Source: Terriglobia bacterium (GTDB lineage Bacteria; Acidobacteriota; Polarisedimenticolia; Polarisedimenticolales; JAIQFR01). Taken from it: a stretch of DNA of 64,000 nt. Location of the stretch: positions 1,312,001 through 1,376,000 of the forward strand of contig CAVVHE010000004.1 of NCBI GenBank assembly GCA_963748015.1. Direction: 5' to 3'. The position numbers and the translations under genes were made by a program. Of the stretch, positions 45,738 through 56,278 are shown piece by piece; position 1 is the stretch's first letter, and each line of letters starts with the position of its first letter. Under the pieces are notes generated by a model. That model was not told where the DNA came from, made no database searches, and saw only the letters and a program-made list of their open reading frames with translations.

Positions 45738-47069
45738 CTAGCACCGGGGGAGCTTCTCCATGAGCGCGGCGGCGCGCTCGCCGGACGCGGCCGCCCCTTC
45801 CAGCGTGGCGGGCAGGCCCGTGTCGGTCCAGTCGCCGGCGAGGAAGAGGTTGGGCACCGCCGTCTCCGCGTCGGGCCTCAGGGCGAGGTTCCCGGGAGTG
45901 AATCTCGCGGTCGCGTCACGCTCCTTCACGACGCGCGACCGGACGAGCACGGCGCCCCGGCTGCGCGGGAGGAACCGACGGACCTCCGCGGCCGCAACCC
46001 CGGCGATCTCCTCCCTCCCCCGCTCGATCCAATCGTCCGCGGCGCTGCGGACGAGCGCGAGGTAGCCGGGCGGACGGGCCCCCCCGAGCCGCCCGCGGTC
46101 GAACACCCAGTGCACGGGGGAGTCGAGAAGTCCGGCCATCGGGCGGTCGGCGACCTCGCGGTCGAACCAGAGGTGGACGCCGACGATCGGCGACGCGCCG
46201 AGCGCTCGCGCGCGCTCGGGCGTTACCGAGCTCGCCGCGGGAGGCAGGAGCGCCGCCGCGGCCCGGGGCGGGACGGCGAGCACCGCGGCCCCCGCCTCGT
46301 GACGGCTCCCGTCCCGGCACACCGCCGCCCTGAACCGGCCGCGGCCATCGGCCTCGAGCCTCTCCACCGGACTTCCCACGAGGATCTCGCTCCCCCTCTC
46401 CCCGAGATATCGCGCGGCGGGGACGGCGACGACGTCGTCGAGGCCGCGCGACGGGAAGCCGATGCGGGCGGCGTCCGGCCCGCCGAGCAGCGCCCGGCGC
46501 AGGACCTCCACGAGAAGGGTCGCGGGCGCGGTCTCGGGATCGAGGTTGAGCGCCGCGAGGGCGAGCGGGTCCCAGAGCAGCGCGCGCCCGGCCGGGGATA
46601 CGCCGACCGCGGCCAGCCAGGAGGCGACCGTGAGACCGTTCGCCCGGGGCGCTCCGGCGCGCACGTCGCGCACCAGGGCCCCCGCCGCCGCGACGTCCCG
46701 GAACGAGAAGCCCTTGAGGCGCGAAAGGCCCGCGAGGAAGTCGAGCGGGGGCGGCAGCGCGGCGGGACGGAAGACCGAGGCATCTCCCCCCGGGTGCAAC
46801 ATCGCCACCTCGAGCCGGGGCGCGAACGCCACCGCATCGAGACCGCCCGTCCGCTTCGCGAACCGCAGGAAGCTCTCGTAGCACCCCATCAGGAGGTGCT
46901 GGCCGTTGTCCTCGACGTCTCCGGTCGCCGCATTCGCGAACGAGCGCGCCCTGCCCCCCAAGGAGCGCGTCGCCTCGAGGACGCGCACCGTGGCGCCGGC
47001 GGCGGCGAGTGCGACCGCCGCCGAGAGACCGGCGCACCCCGCGCCGACGACGACGGCGTCCGGCGTCAA
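45738..47069 (-). CDS. hpnE: hydroxysqualene dehydroxylase
   Basis: GAGCAGL FAD motif, GGRARS, DNGQHLLMGCY and AGDWTDTGLPATLEGA motifs. Confidence 0.92.
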   Translation of the reverse strand: MTPDAVVVGAGCAGLSAAVALAAAGATVRVLEATRSLGGRARSFANAATGDVEDNGQHLLMGCYESFLRFAKRTGGLDAVAFAPRLEVAMLHPGGDASVFRPAALPPPLDFLAGLSRLKGFSFRDVAAAGALVRDVRAGAPRANGLTVASWLAAVGVSPAGRALLWDPLALAALNLDPETAPATLLVEVLRRALLGGPDAARIGFPSRGLDDVVAVPAARYLGERGSEILVGSPVERLEADGRGRFRAAVCRDGSRHEAGAAVLAVPPRAAAALLPPAASSVTPERARALGASPIVGVHLWFDREVADRPMAGLLDSPVHWVFDRGRLGGARPPGYLALVRSAADDWIERGREEIAGVAAAEVRRFLPRSRGAVLVRSRVVKERDATARFTPGNLALRPDAETAVPNLFLAGDWTDTGLPATLEGAAASGERAAALMEKLPRC

Positions 47070-47929
47070 GAGCCTCGCCCCAGCCGGTCGCGAGCCAGGA
47101 GTCCGAGGGCGATCAGGCCGCGCCGGGCCGTGCCGACCCGGAGCTTCCGGTCGAGCACGCCGCTCCCCGCGCGCTCGACCTTCTCGAGGAGAACGCGGTA
47201 CACGGCCGCCATGATGCGCCCGGGGAGGAGCCGGCGCCGCTCGGACGCGGGGAGAAGCGCCCGCGCCGCGTCGAAGCGCCCGCGGGCGAACGCCGCCTCC
47301 TCGCGGATCAGCCCGTCGAGACGCAGCCTGGCCTCCCCATCGGGCCCGGCGAGGTCCGCTTCCGTCAGCCGGTGCCGGCGCAGGGCGTCGGCCGTCAGGT
47401 AGACCCGGCCTCGCGCGAGGTCCTCGCCGACATCGCGGAGGATGTTCGTCCACTGCAGCGCGATGCCGAGCTCCTCGGCATAGGCGTCCACGCGCGGGTC
47501 CTCGCAGCCGAAGACGCGCACCGAAAGCAGTCCGACGCTCGAGGCGACCCGGTAGCAGTACGCCCTGAGCTCCGGAGCGCTCGCGTAGCGGCGGTTCTCG
47601 AGATCCCAGCTCACGCCCTCGAGGAGATCGTCGAACGGCCTGCGCGGCAGGCGGAACGTCGCGACGGCACGGGAGAGGCGTGCGGCCTCCGCGCCGCCCT
47701 CGGACCCCGCGAACGCGCGATCGAGCTCCGCGCGGACTCGAGCGAGCGCGGCGCGCGCCTCCTCCGGACCGGGCGCCTCGTCGACGGCGTCGTCCGCCCG
47801 CCGGCAGAAGTCGTAGACGGCGAGGATCCCCTCCCGCCTCTCCGGCGGGAGGACGCGAAAGGCGACCCGGAAGTGGCTGACGGGGTGGTGCGCCCCGGTC
47901 GCCTGCGCCGGGCTCGCGGGCGCGCTCAC
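47066..47929 (-). CDS. hpnD: presqualene diphosphate synthase
   Basis: YDFCRRADDAVD, YCYRVASSVG and LQWTNILRDVGED motifs. Confidence 0.88.
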   Translation of the reverse strand: MSAPASPAQATGAHHPVSHFRVAFRVLPPERREGILAVYDFCRRADDAVDEAPGPEEARAALARVRAELDRAFAGSEGGAEAARLSRAVATFRLPRRPFDDLLEGVSWDLENRRYASAPELRAYCYRVASSVGLLSVRVFGCEDPRVDAYAEELGIALQWTNILRDVGEDLARGRVYLTADALRRHRLTEADLAGPDGEARLRLDGLIREEAAFARGRFDAARALLPASERRRLLPGRIMAAVYRVLLEKVERAGSGVLDRKLRVGTARRGLIALGLLARDRLGRGS

Positions 47930-48813
47930 GGCGCTCCCCAGCGCCCCAGCAGCGCCTTGGCGCCGAGCAACGCCTTGTCGCCGCGGGTCAGGGCGGGGCG
48001 GGCCCGGAACACGTCGCACCCTGCCCCCTCGATCCGGTCGAGAATGCGGTTACCGCCCAGCCACGTCAGCCGGATCTCGAGCCCAAGGCGGCCGTGGAGC
48101 TTCCCGAGCAAGGGCCGTCCCTCCTCGAAGCACCTCCTCGTCCTCCCGATCATCTCGAGGAGCAGCGCGCGGAAGCCCTCGTGGAGCCGCCCCGAGCGGA
48201 GGTCCTCCTCGGTGACGCCGAAGCGCTGGCGGTCCTCGGCCGGTAGATAGATCCGGTCCTTGCGGAGGTCCACCGAGACGTCCTGCCAGAAGTTGGTGAG
48301 CTGCAATCCCGTGCAGATCGCGTCGGAGAAGCGCGCGCGCGCGTCGTCGGCAAGGCCGAACAGCCCGAGGACCAGCCGGCCGACCGGGTTCGCGGACCGC
48401 CGGCAGTAATCCAGCAGCTCGTCCCAGCTCCCGTACCGCCGCACGCGGCAGTCCTGGCGGAACGCGTCCAGGAGGTCCCGGAACAGCGCGGGGGGGAGGT
48501 CGAACGTCGCGATCGTCTCTCCCAGCGCCATGAACACCGGGTGGTCGGCCTTCCCCTCGAGGCAGCGGTCGAGATGCGCCTCCCAGCGTCCCAGCTGCTC
48601 GAGGCGCCTCCCGTCGTGCGCCGCCTCGTCGGCGAAGTCGTCGGCCGCTCGCGCGAAGGCGTAGATCGAGCAGACGTGGGGTCGCAGGCGGCGCGGGATG
48701 GCGAGGGACGCGATCGGGAAATTCTCGTAGTGCGCGCGCGCGACCGCGGCGCAGTACGCGTAGGCCTCCTCGCGGGTCCAGCGAGCGGGCTCTCCCGACG
48801 GGGCCTTGCTCAT
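47926..48813 (-). CDS. hpnC: hydroxysqualene synthase (squalene synthase HpnC)
   Basis: HYENFP, ARAADDFADE, YCRRSANPVG and LQLTNFWQD motifs. Confidence 0.93.
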   Translation of the reverse strand: MSKAPSGEPARWTREEAYAYCAAVARAHYENFPIASLAIPRRLRPHVCSIYAFARAADDFADEAAHDGRRLEQLGRWEAHLDRCLEGKADHPVFMALGETIATFDLPPALFRDLLDAFRQDCRVRRYGSWDELLDYCRRSANPVGRLVLGLFGLADDARARFSDAICTGLQLTNFWQDVSVDLRKDRIYLPAEDRQRFGVTEEDLRSGRLHEGFRALLLEMIGRTRRCFEEGRPLLGKLHGRLGLEIRLTWLGGNRILDRIEGAGCDVFRARPALTRGDKALLGAKALLGRWGAP

Positions 48814-48815
48814 GC

Positions 48816-50384
48816 CTATCGGGCGTACTCGACGGCGCGTACCTCCCGGATCACGGTCACCTTGATCTTGCCGGGATAGTCCATCTCGGACTCGATGCGC
48901 GCGGCCAGGTCGGACGCGAGGAGGTCCACCTTCGCGTCGTCCAGCTCGTCCGAGCGGGCGATCACCCGGATCTCCCGTCCGGCCTGGATGGCGTAGGACT
49001 GCTCCACCCCCGGCATGGAGTTGGCGAGCCCTTCGAGGCGCTCGATGCGCTTGATGTACTCGGCGACGCTCTTCCGCCGCGCTCCCGGACGCGCTCCCGA
49101 GAGGGAGTCGGCCGCGGAGACGAGGACGGAGATCGGCGAGATGACCTCGCAATCCTCGTGGTGGGAGGCGATGGCGTTGATCACCACCTCGGGCTCGCCG
49201 TACTTCTTGGCGACCTCGGCCCCGATCTCGGGGTGGGTCCCCTCGCGCTCGTAGTCGATCGCCTTGCCGATGTCGTGGAACAACCCCGCCCGCCGGGCCA
49301 GCTTCTCGTCCAGGCGCAGCTCCGCGGCCATCATCCCGGTGAGGATGGAGACTTCCTTGGCGTGGAGGAGCACGTTCTGGCCGTACGAGGTCCGGTACGT
49401 GAGCCGTCCCAGGAGCTTCACCATCTCCGGGTGCACGTCGCGGATCCCGAGCTCCTTCAGGCTCTGCTCCCCCGCCCGCCGCATCTCTTCGTCGAGTCGC
49501 CGCCGGTTGCGGCGGACCAGGTCCTCGATCCGGCGCGGGTGGATGTTGCCGTCCTTGATCAGCGCCTCGAGCACGCGCCGCGCGACCTCGCGCCGCACCG
49601 GGTTGAACCCGGACAGCGTCACCGTGCTCGCGTCCTCGTCGATGAGGAGCTGGATCCCCGTCGCGCTCTCGAAGGCGCGGATGTTCTTCCCCTCGTGCCC
49701 GATGATCCTCCCCTTGAGCTGGCTTCCCTCGGGGAGCGGGAACTGCGTGACCGTGCGCTCCGCGGAGAAATCCGAGGCCGCGCGCTCGACGGCCAGGGCG
49801 ATGATCTTCACCGCCTCGGCGTCGGCGGTGCGCTGCGCCTCGTCCTTGATCTCCTTGATCAGCGACGCGGCCTCGTAGCGGGCCTCGACCTTGAGGTTCG
49901 CGAGCAGCTGCCGCTTCGCCTCGTCCCGGGTCATGGCGGAGATGCGCTCGAGCTCGAGGAACTCCTCCTGCAGGAGGCGCTCGACTTCCTCGCGCGCCTT
50001 TCCAAGCTCCTCGTCCTTCGCCGCCAGCGCGGTCTCGCGCTCCTGGAGGACCTCGCGCTGCCGTCCGATGTCCACCTCCAGGTCCTGGACCGCTTGCCGC
50101 TGCGTCTTCACGTCTCGCTCGCGCTTCAGCAGCTGGCCCTTGCGCGAGCGGAGATCGTTGTCCGCCTTGTTCCGCTGGCGGAAGATCTCCTCCCTCGCCT
50201 CCACGAGGGCGGTCCTCTTCGATTTCTCCGCCTCCCGGCGGGCGTTGTGGAGGATCTCCTCCGAGCGCCGGCGCACCGCCTCGAGGCTGTTCCGTCCGAG
50301 GCGGTTGTTGATCCACCAGCCGAGCGCTCCTCCGGCCGCGAGGGCCGCCGGCACCGAGACGAGCACGAGGGCGAGACTGCTCAT
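48816..50384 (-). CDS. rny: ribonuclease Y
   Basis: N-terminal TM and coiled coil; KH domain (KGRIIGHEGKNIR); HD domain (HDIGKA); SGARPGAR; AIQAGREIRV. Confidence 0.96.
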   Translation of the reverse strand: MSSLALVLVSVPAALAAGGALGWWINNRLGRNSLEAVRRRSEEILHNARREAEKSKRTALVEAREEIFRQRNKADNDLRSRKGQLLKRERDVKTQRQAVQDLEVDIGRQREVLQERETALAAKDEELGKAREEVERLLQEEFLELERISAMTRDEAKRQLLANLKVEARYEAASLIKEIKDEAQRTADAEAVKIIALAVERAASDFSAERTVTQFPLPEGSQLKGRIIGHEGKNIRAFESATGIQLLIDEDASTVTLSGFNPVRREVARRVLEALIKDGNIHPRRIEDLVRRNRRRLDEEMRRAGEQSLKELGIRDVHPEMVKLLGRLTYRTSYGQNVLLHAKEVSILTGMMAAELRLDEKLARRAGLFHDIGKAIDYEREGTHPEIGAEVAKKYGEPEVVINAIASHHEDCEVISPISVLVSAADSLSGARPGARRKSVAEYIKRIERLEGLANSMPGVEQSYAIQAGREIRVIARSDELDDAKVDLLASDLAARIESEMDYPGKIKVTVIREVRAVEYAR

Positions 50385-51049
50385 GGACGCTCCTCCGCAC
50401 GCTCCCCCACGGCCGCGTCCGAGACGAACGGGTTCGTGAGGCGCTCGTGCCCGAGCGTGGTTTCCGGGCCGTGGCCCGGGTAGCAGACGGTGTCCGCGGG
50501 AAGCCGGAACAGCTTTCCGCGAATGGAGGCGACCAGGTCGGGCCACGACCCGCCCGGGAGATCGGTTCGGCCCACCGATCCGCGGAAGAGGGTGTCGCCG
50601 ACGATCATGCGGCCCCCGAACTTGAGACACGTGCCTCCCGGCGTGTGGCCGGGGGTGTGGATCACGTCGATCGAGATGCCGTCGAACCGCAGGGACTGGC
50701 CCTCCTCGAGGGGCAGGTCCGGCTCGGGGGAGGGGTCCACTTCGAACCCGTAGGCGCTCCCCTGCGCGTCGAGGCGCTTCAGGAACGGCGTGTCGGCCGG
50801 GTGGATCGCGAGGGGCGCGCCGGTGCGCTCCTTGACGAGCCGGTTCCCCGCGGCGTGATCGAGGTGGCCGTGGGTGTTCACGATGAGGTCGAGGGTGAGC
50901 CCGCGCCGCTCGAGGAAACCCAGAGCCTCCTCGACGTCGAACCCCGGATCGAAGATCGCGGCGCGCCGCTTCGACGGCCCGACGAGCACGTAGGCGTTCT
51001 GCTCGAAGGGGCCGAGCTCGAACCGGACGAGTTCAAGGTCCTCGATCAT
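50381..51049 (-). CDS. MBL-fold metallo-hydrolase (glyoxalase II-like)
   Basis: THGHLDH, TPGHTPG, GDTLF..SVGRTD and PGHGP motifs. Confidence 0.9.
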   Translation of the reverse strand: MIEDLELVRFELGPFEQNAYVLVGPSKRRAAIFDPGFDVEEALGFLERRGLTLDLIVNTHGHLDHAAGNRLVKERTGAPLAIHPADTPFLKRLDAQGSAYGFEVDPSPEPDLPLEEGQSLRFDGISIDVIHTPGHTPGGTCLKFGGRMIVGDTLFRGSVGRTDLPGGSWPDLVASIRGKLFRLPADTVCYPGHGPETTLGHERLTNPFVSDAAVGERAEERP

Positions 51050-51109
51050 GAGGCGCTCCGCGACATGGTGGGTATGATCCGACAAAAGCCGGGATCGGGC
51101 AAACGCCGG

Positions 51110-52918
51110 TCAGCGGCGCCGCTGGACCGCGGGCAGGACCCTCTTGCGCAGGCGGAACGCCTTGGGCGTGACTTCCACGAGCTCGTCCTCCCGGACGAAC
51201 TCGAGGGCCTGCTCGAGGCTCAGCGAGCGGGGCGGCACGAGGCGGATGGTCCGCTCGGACACGGACGCCCTCATGTTGGTCAGCTTCTTCTCCTTGGTGA
51301 TGTTGACGTCGATGTCGGCGGCGCGGGAGTTCTCGCCGACGACCATCCCCTCGTAGACCTGGTCTCCCGGCGCGACGAACATGGTGCCGCGGTCCTGGAG
51401 GTGCTCCACCGCGTACGCGGTGCACCGCCCGGGGCGGTCGGAGACCAAGGCACCCGTGGTCCGGTGGGGGATCTCCCCCTGCCAGGGTGCGTACCCGTCG
51501 AACAGGTGATTCATGATGCCGGTGCCGCGGGTATCGGTGAGGAATTCGGTCCGGAAGCCGATGAGGCCCCGCGAGGGGATCGTGAACTCCATCCGGACCC
51601 GTCCGGTGCCGTGGTTCACCATCTTCGTCATGCGGCCCTTGCGGATCCCCGTCTTCTGCGTCACGGCGCCCACGAACGTCTCGGGACAGTCCACGACCAG
51701 GATCTCCATCGGCTCGTGGCGCTGCCCGTCGATCTCCCGTGTCAGGATCTCCGGCCGGCCGGCGCCGAGCTCGTACCCTTCGCGCCGCATCATCTCGATG
51801 AGGATGGCGAGCTGCAGCTCCCCCCGTCCCGAGACCTTGAACGCGTCGGGAGTGTCGGTCTCCTCCACCCGGATCGAGACGTTCGACAGGATCTCCTTGA
51901 ACAGGCGCTCGCGGAGCTTCCGCGCGGTGACGTACTGCCCCTCGAGGCCGGCGAGCGGGGAATCGTTGACGCGGATCTCGATCGCGATGGTCGGCTCGTC
52001 CACCTGGATCGGGGGGAGCGGCACCGGCCGCTCGAGGTCCGAGATCGTCTCGCCGATGTTGATGGACTCGATCCCGGTGAGGGCGACGATGTCGCCGGGG
52101 CCCGCCGAGGGGAGCTCGATGCGCCGGAGCCCCTCGTAGCCGTAGATCCCCGCGATCTCGGCCTGCACGATGCTCCCGTCGCGACGGCAGTGCGAGACCG
52201 TCTGCCTCTTCCGGACCTCGCCCGAGACGATCCGTCCGACCGCGAGGCGGCCGATATAGTCGTCGTAGTCGAGGTTCGTGATCAGGAACTGCAGCGGCAT
52301 GTCGGGATCGTGGACCGGAGCGGGGATCGAGCGGAGGATCTCGTCGAACAGCGGCGCGAGCGGCTCGTCCGGCCCGTCCACCGTCCGCCGGCAGATTCCC
52401 TTCCTCGCGTTGCAGTACAGGACGGGGAACCCGAGCTGGTCCTCCCTCGCGTCGAGGTCGATGAACAGGTCGTAGACCTCGTTCAGGACTTCCTTGGGCC
52501 TCGCGTCCTGGCGGTCGATCTTGTTGATGACGACGATCGGCTGGAGCCCGCTCTCGAGCGCCTTCCGGAGCACGAACCGCGTCTGCGGGAGCGGCCCCTC
52601 GCAGGCGTCCACGAGGAGCAGCACGCCGTCCACCATCTTCATCGTCCGCTCGACCTCGCCGCCGAAGTCGGCGTGGCCGGGGGTGTCCACGATGTTGATC
52701 CTCGTCCCGCGGTAGAGGACCGAGGTGTTCTTCGCCATGATGGTGATGCCCTTCTCCCGCTCGAGGTCGATCGAGTCCATGACCCGCTCGACGACGTACT
52801 CCTTCTCGCGGAAGATCCCGCTCTGCCACAGCATCGAGTCCACCAGCGTGGTCTTGCCGTGGTCCACGTGCGCGATGATCGCCAGGTTGCGGATGTCGTC
52901 CCTCGTTGCGAAACCCAT
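51110..52918 (-). CDS. typA: translational GTPase TypA/BipA
   Basis: [36 protein letters not shown] and KKLTNMRA motifs. Confidence 0.97.
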   Translation of the reverse strand: MGFATRDDIRNLAIIAHVDHGKTTLVDSMLWQSGIFREKEYVVERVMDSIDLEREKGITIMAKNTSVLYRGTRINIVDTPGHADFGGEVERTMKMVDGVLLLVDACEGPLPQTRFVLRKALESGLQPIVVINKIDRQDARPKEVLNEVYDLFIDLDAREDQLGFPVLYCNARKGICRRTVDGPDEPLAPLFDEILRSIPAPVHDPDMPLQFLITNLDYDDYIGRLAVGRIVSGEVRKRQTVSHCRRDGSIVQAEIAGIYGYEGLRRIELPSAGPGDIVALTGIESINIGETISDLERPVPLPPIQVDEPTIAIEIRVNDSPLAGLEGQYVTARKLRERLFKEILSNVSIRVEETDTPDAFKVSGRGELQLAILIEMMRREGYELGAGRPEILTREIDGQRHEPMEILVVDCPETFVGAVTQKTGIRKGRMTKMVNHGTGRVRMEFTIPSRGLIGFRTEFLTDTRGTGIMNHLFDGYAPWQGEIPHRTTGALVSDRPGRCTAYAVEHLQDRGTMFVAPGDQVYEGMVVGENSRAADIDVNITKEKKLTNMRASVSERTIRLVPPRSLSLEQALEFVREDELVEVTPKAFRLRKRVLPAVQRRR

Positions 52919-52946
52919 GGCACACTCCCCCGGTAGGCGGGTGAAG

Positions 52947-52976
52947 AAAAAAGGCCGGAAGCGCCGCTCCCGACCT
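52947..52976 (-). terminator. intrinsic terminator between msrB and typA
   Basis: AGGTCGGGAGCG/CGCTTCCGGCCT hairpin followed by a T-tract on the minus strand. Confidence 0.6.
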
Positions 52977-53013
52977 CCGCGCATGATAGCACACGACGGG
53001 GAGGCGCCCCGTT

Positions 53014-53607
53014 CTACTTCTTCAGTGCAGGCTTCCCGAAGAGCGGCAGGAACTCCCCGAACCCTTCCTTCTCGAGCTCCTCGACCGGAATGAACTTGAG
53101 CGCGGCCGAGTTGATGCAGTAGCGGAGTCCCGTCGGAGCCGGGCCGTCGTCGAACACGTGGCCGAGGTGGGAGTCCGCGTTCCCGGACCTCACCTCGGTG
53201 CGGGGCATCCCGAGCGTCGTGTCGCGCTTCTCGACGAGCTTGGCTCCGCGCACCGGCTTGGTGAAGCTCGGCCATCCGGACCCGGAGTCGAACTTGTCCT
53301 CCGAGCTGAAGAGCGGCTCCCCGCTCACCACGTCCACGTACAGCCCGCGGCGGTGCTCGTTCCAGTAGGCGTTGCGGAACGGCGGCTCGGTGCCGCACTC
53401 CTGGGTGACCTTGTATTGCATCGCCGTGAGGCGCGCCTTCAGCACCTCGGCGTCCTTCTTGACGTCGTCGCTCACCGGGGTCTCCTTCCCGTCATTCGAG
53501 GCGGCCTCCGCGTCGCGCGCGGGCTGGACCGCGAGCAGCACGGCCGCTCCCGCCAGCAGCGCGACGCACGCCGCGACCAGGAAGATTCGAGCCCTCGACG
53601 AAATCAT
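53014..53607 (-). CDS. msrB: peptide-methionine (R)-S-oxide reductase with N-terminal signal/anchor
   Basis: [26 protein letters not shown] and RYCINS motifs. Confidence 0.95.
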   Translation of the reverse strand: MISSRARIFLVAACVALLAGAAVLLAVQPARDAEAASNDGKETPVSDDVKKDAEVLKARLTAMQYKVTQECGTEPPFRNAYWNEHRRGLYVDVVSGEPLFSSEDKFDSGSGWPSFTKPVRGAKLVEKRDTTLGMPRTEVRSGNADSHLGHVFDDGPAPTGLRYCINSAALKFIPVEELEKEGFGEFLPLFGKPALKK

Positions 53608-53758
53608 GGCTTCGGCCCCTCCCCGCCCCCGCGGTCCTGCTCGACGAGGATAACCCGCCCCGGCGGCGGCCGCCCGCGGGGCGCTTGTCCCCCGCGCCCG
53701 TGGGTGCCAGAATGCCCTTTTCCCGCGCCGTCCCGGCGCCTCCCCGGAGGATCGCAAC

Positions 53759-54577
53759 GTGCCCGAACAGGACGACGACGCGACGCTCGACAGGATCTAC
53801 GACGCGCTCGACGGCGAGGACTTCGAGGAGGCGCTCGGCCTGATCGGCGAGGCGATCGAGGCGCTTCCCGAGGGCCAGGACGATCCGGTCCTGCGCCTCC
53901 TCGCGGGATCGACCCTGCTCGAGATGGACCAGGCGGAGGAGGCCGCGGAGCAGCTCGCGCTGGCGGTCGGCATGGACCCCGAGGACGCGGAGGCCCGCTC
54001 GACCCTGGCCCTGGCCCTCTTCCGCTGCACGCGCTTCGAAGAGGCGCGGGAACACGCGCGGAAGGCGCTCGAGGCCGACCCGAAAAGCCCGGACGCCCTC
54101 TACGTGCACGCGATGCTCCTCGAGCGCGAGGGCAAGACCGCCGACGCGAACCGTCACTTCGAGCGGGCCGCGCGACTCGACCCGGAGCGGTATCCCGCGC
54201 CCGTCCGGTTCGACCGGAAGACGTTCGAGGGCGAGGTGGCGCGGGCCGGCGAGATGCTGCCGATGGAGTTCCGGCGGCACCTCGAGGAGGTCGCCGTCCT
54301 GGTCGAGGACCTCCCCTCCGACGCGATCCTCCTCGACGAGAAGCCGCCTCTCGACCCGGAGCTCCTGGGACTGTTCGTCGGGACGGCGCTCCCCGAGAGG
54401 AGCTTCTCGGGAGCGTCCGCCGCGCCTCCGCGGATCCTCCTCTTCCAGCGCAACCTCGAGCGGTTCGTCCAGGACGAGGAAACGCTGCGGGAGGAGATCG
54501 CGAAGACGCTCCACCACGAGCTGGGTCACTACCTCGGCATGGACGAGGAGGGGCTCGAGCGGATCGACCTGGCCTGA
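53759..54577 (+). CDS. TPR-repeat protein with Zincin_1 metallopeptidase domain
   Basis: TPR-like repeats followed by [16 protein letters not shown] and HELGHYLG. Confidence 0.85.
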   Translation: MPEQDDDATLDRIYDALDGEDFEEALGLIGEAIEALPEGQDDPVLRLLAGSTLLEMDQAEEAAEQLALAVGMDPEDAEARSTLALALFRCTRFEEAREHARKALEADPKSPDALYVHAMLLEREGKTADANRHFERAARLDPERYPAPVRFDRKTFEGEVARAGEMLPMEFRRHLEEVAVLVEDLPSDAILLDEKPPLDPELLGLFVGTALPERSFSGASAAPPRILLFQRNLERFVQDEETLREEIAKTLHHELGHYLGMDEEGLERIDLA

Positions 54578-54603
54578 CGACGCGAAGCGCCGGAACGCGA
54601 CGG

Positions 54604-55254
54604 TCAGCGAGGGCCACTCCTTCTCATCTTGAGGCCGGGGTGGACTCCGAGCCAGCGGGCGAGGTGCTCCACGAGGCGATCGATGCCAAGGGCCACCTCC
54701 TCCAGATCCCCCGTGCCCATGAACCCGGGGGTGAAGAGGGTCCGCCGCTCCTCGTCCACGACGACCTCGCCCGACGGGACCCACACGGGCTCCTGGTCGA
54801 GAGGCCGCCCCTGGTGACGCCTCAGAACCGCCTGGGCGAGCCCGAGCGCCGCCACGGGCGCCTTTCGCGCCGCGAGCGCCCCGAGCAGGGACGCGACCTC
54901 CGGGCGCACGTCGCCGAGCCCGAGCGGTCCGGACCCCGGCAGGCACAGGTTCTTGACGGTTCCCATGCCTCCGGGGATCACCAGGGCATCGAGGAGCGTC
55001 TCCGGCATCTCGTGGATCGGGGAGACGGCGCCGCGGGCGATGCGGGCCGCTTCGACCAGAACGCGCCGGGGCGGCACGCCGTCGAGCGCGTCGCCGGTGG
55101 AGTGGTCCACGACGTCGCGCTGCTCGACGTCGGGGGCCAGGAACGCCGCCTCCATGCACCGCCGCGACAGCGCCAGGGCGAGAAGGACCGTCTCCTGGAT
55201 CTCGGAGCCGTCGTAGGCTCCGCAGCCGGACAGGAGGACGCCGATGCGCCGCAT
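54604..55254 (-). CDS. elbB: ElbB/ES1-like DJ-1/PfpI family protein
   Basis: LLSGCGAYDGSEIQE, EAARIARG and PGGMG..KNL motifs. Confidence 0.8.
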   Translation of the reverse strand: MRRIGVLLSGCGAYDGSEIQETVLLALALSRRCMEAAFLAPDVEQRDVVDHSTGDALDGVPPRRVLVEAARIARGAVSPIHEMPETLLDALVIPGGMGTVKNLCLPGSGPLGLGDVRPEVASLLGALAARKAPVAALGLAQAVLRRHQGRPLDQEPVWVPSGEVVVDEERRTLFTPGFMGTGDLEEVALGIDRLVEHLARWLGVHPGLKMRRSGPR

Positions 55255-55258
55255 GCGC

Positions 55259-56278
55259 TCAGGCGGAGGTTCCCCGCGACGCCGAGAGGAGGTCGGCGGC
55301 GCGGGCGATCACCTGGTCCGCGATCTCGTCGAGGCGGCCGTCGGTGACGATCCCCGATGCGTTGCGGTGCCCTCCCCCGCCGAACTCGCTCGCGAGCCGA
55401 TAGACGTCGACGATCCCCTTGGAGCGCAGCGACACCTTGATGCGCCCGTCCTGGAGCTCCCGGAACAGGAGGGCGACCTGCACTCCGTCGATCGCGAGGA
55501 GCGGCGTCGTCATCTCGGAGGTGTCCGCCCCTTCCGCGCCGCACTCCAGCTCGACGGCCCGCGGAACCCGGACCGACACGATCTTCCCGTCCGCGTCGAG
55601 GTGCAGGCCCGCGAGGGCGCGCCCGAGGAGGCGCGTCCAGGCCGGCGAGTTCCTCTCGAAGACCTCGCGGAAGCACCGGGCCGGCTCGATCCCCACGCGC
55701 AGTAGGGACGCGGCGATCTCGTGCGCGCGGGCCCGCGTGGAGTTGAAGCGGAAGAACCCGGTGTCGGTGGCGAGTCCGGCGTACAGCGCCTCGGCCGTGC
55801 CGGTGTCGAGCGCGTGCCCCGCGGCGACGATCAGCTCGTAGACCATCGCCGCGGTGGCGCTGGCGGTCTCGTCCAGGATCTCGTGCGCCCAGATCGTCCC
55901 CTGCGCGGGGTGGTGATCGATGCAGAGGACGTTCGACGCCAGCGAGCGGACGACAGGCTCCATCCGCCCCAGGCGATCGGGAGCGGAGTTGTCCAGGAGG
56001 ACGACGAGGTCGGCGGCGCCGAGCTCGGCGTCGTGGTCTTGCGGCTCGTACACCTCGACCGACGGCCCGCGCTCCTCGAGGTAGGCGAGGTTCCTCGGCG
56101 TCACTTCCTGGTTGACGATCTTCACCTCGCGGCCCGAGGCGGCGAGGAAACGGCCGAGGCCGATCTCGGAGCCGATCGCGTCGCCGTCCGGGTTCATGTG
56201 GGTGGTCAGAACCAGGCGGCGGCTCTTCTCGACGAGCCGCCGGAACAACTCGTGTCGCCCCGAGTCGAGCATCAGCAC
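55259..56278 (-). CDS. nrnA: DHH/DHHA1 phosphoesterase (NrnA-like oligoribonuclease/pAp phosphatase)
   Basis: HMNPDGDA, IDHH, TDTG.F, SLRS and GGGH..ASG motifs. Confidence 0.9.
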   Translation of the reverse strand: MLMLDSGRHELFRRLVEKSRRLVLTTHMNPDGDAIGSEIGLGRFLAASGREVKIVNQEVTPRNLAYLEERGPSVEVYEPQDHDAELGAADLVVLLDNSAPDRLGRMEPVVRSLASNVLCIDHHPAQGTIWAHEILDETASATAAMVYELIVAAGHALDTGTAEALYAGLATDTGFFRFNSTRARAHEIAASLLRVGIEPARCFREVFERNSPAWTRLLGRALAGLHLDADGKIVSVRVPRAVELECGAEGADTSEMTTPLLAIDGVQVALLFRELQDGRIKVSLRSKGIVDVYRLASEFGGGGHRNASGIVTDGRLDEIADQVIARAADLLSASRGTSA

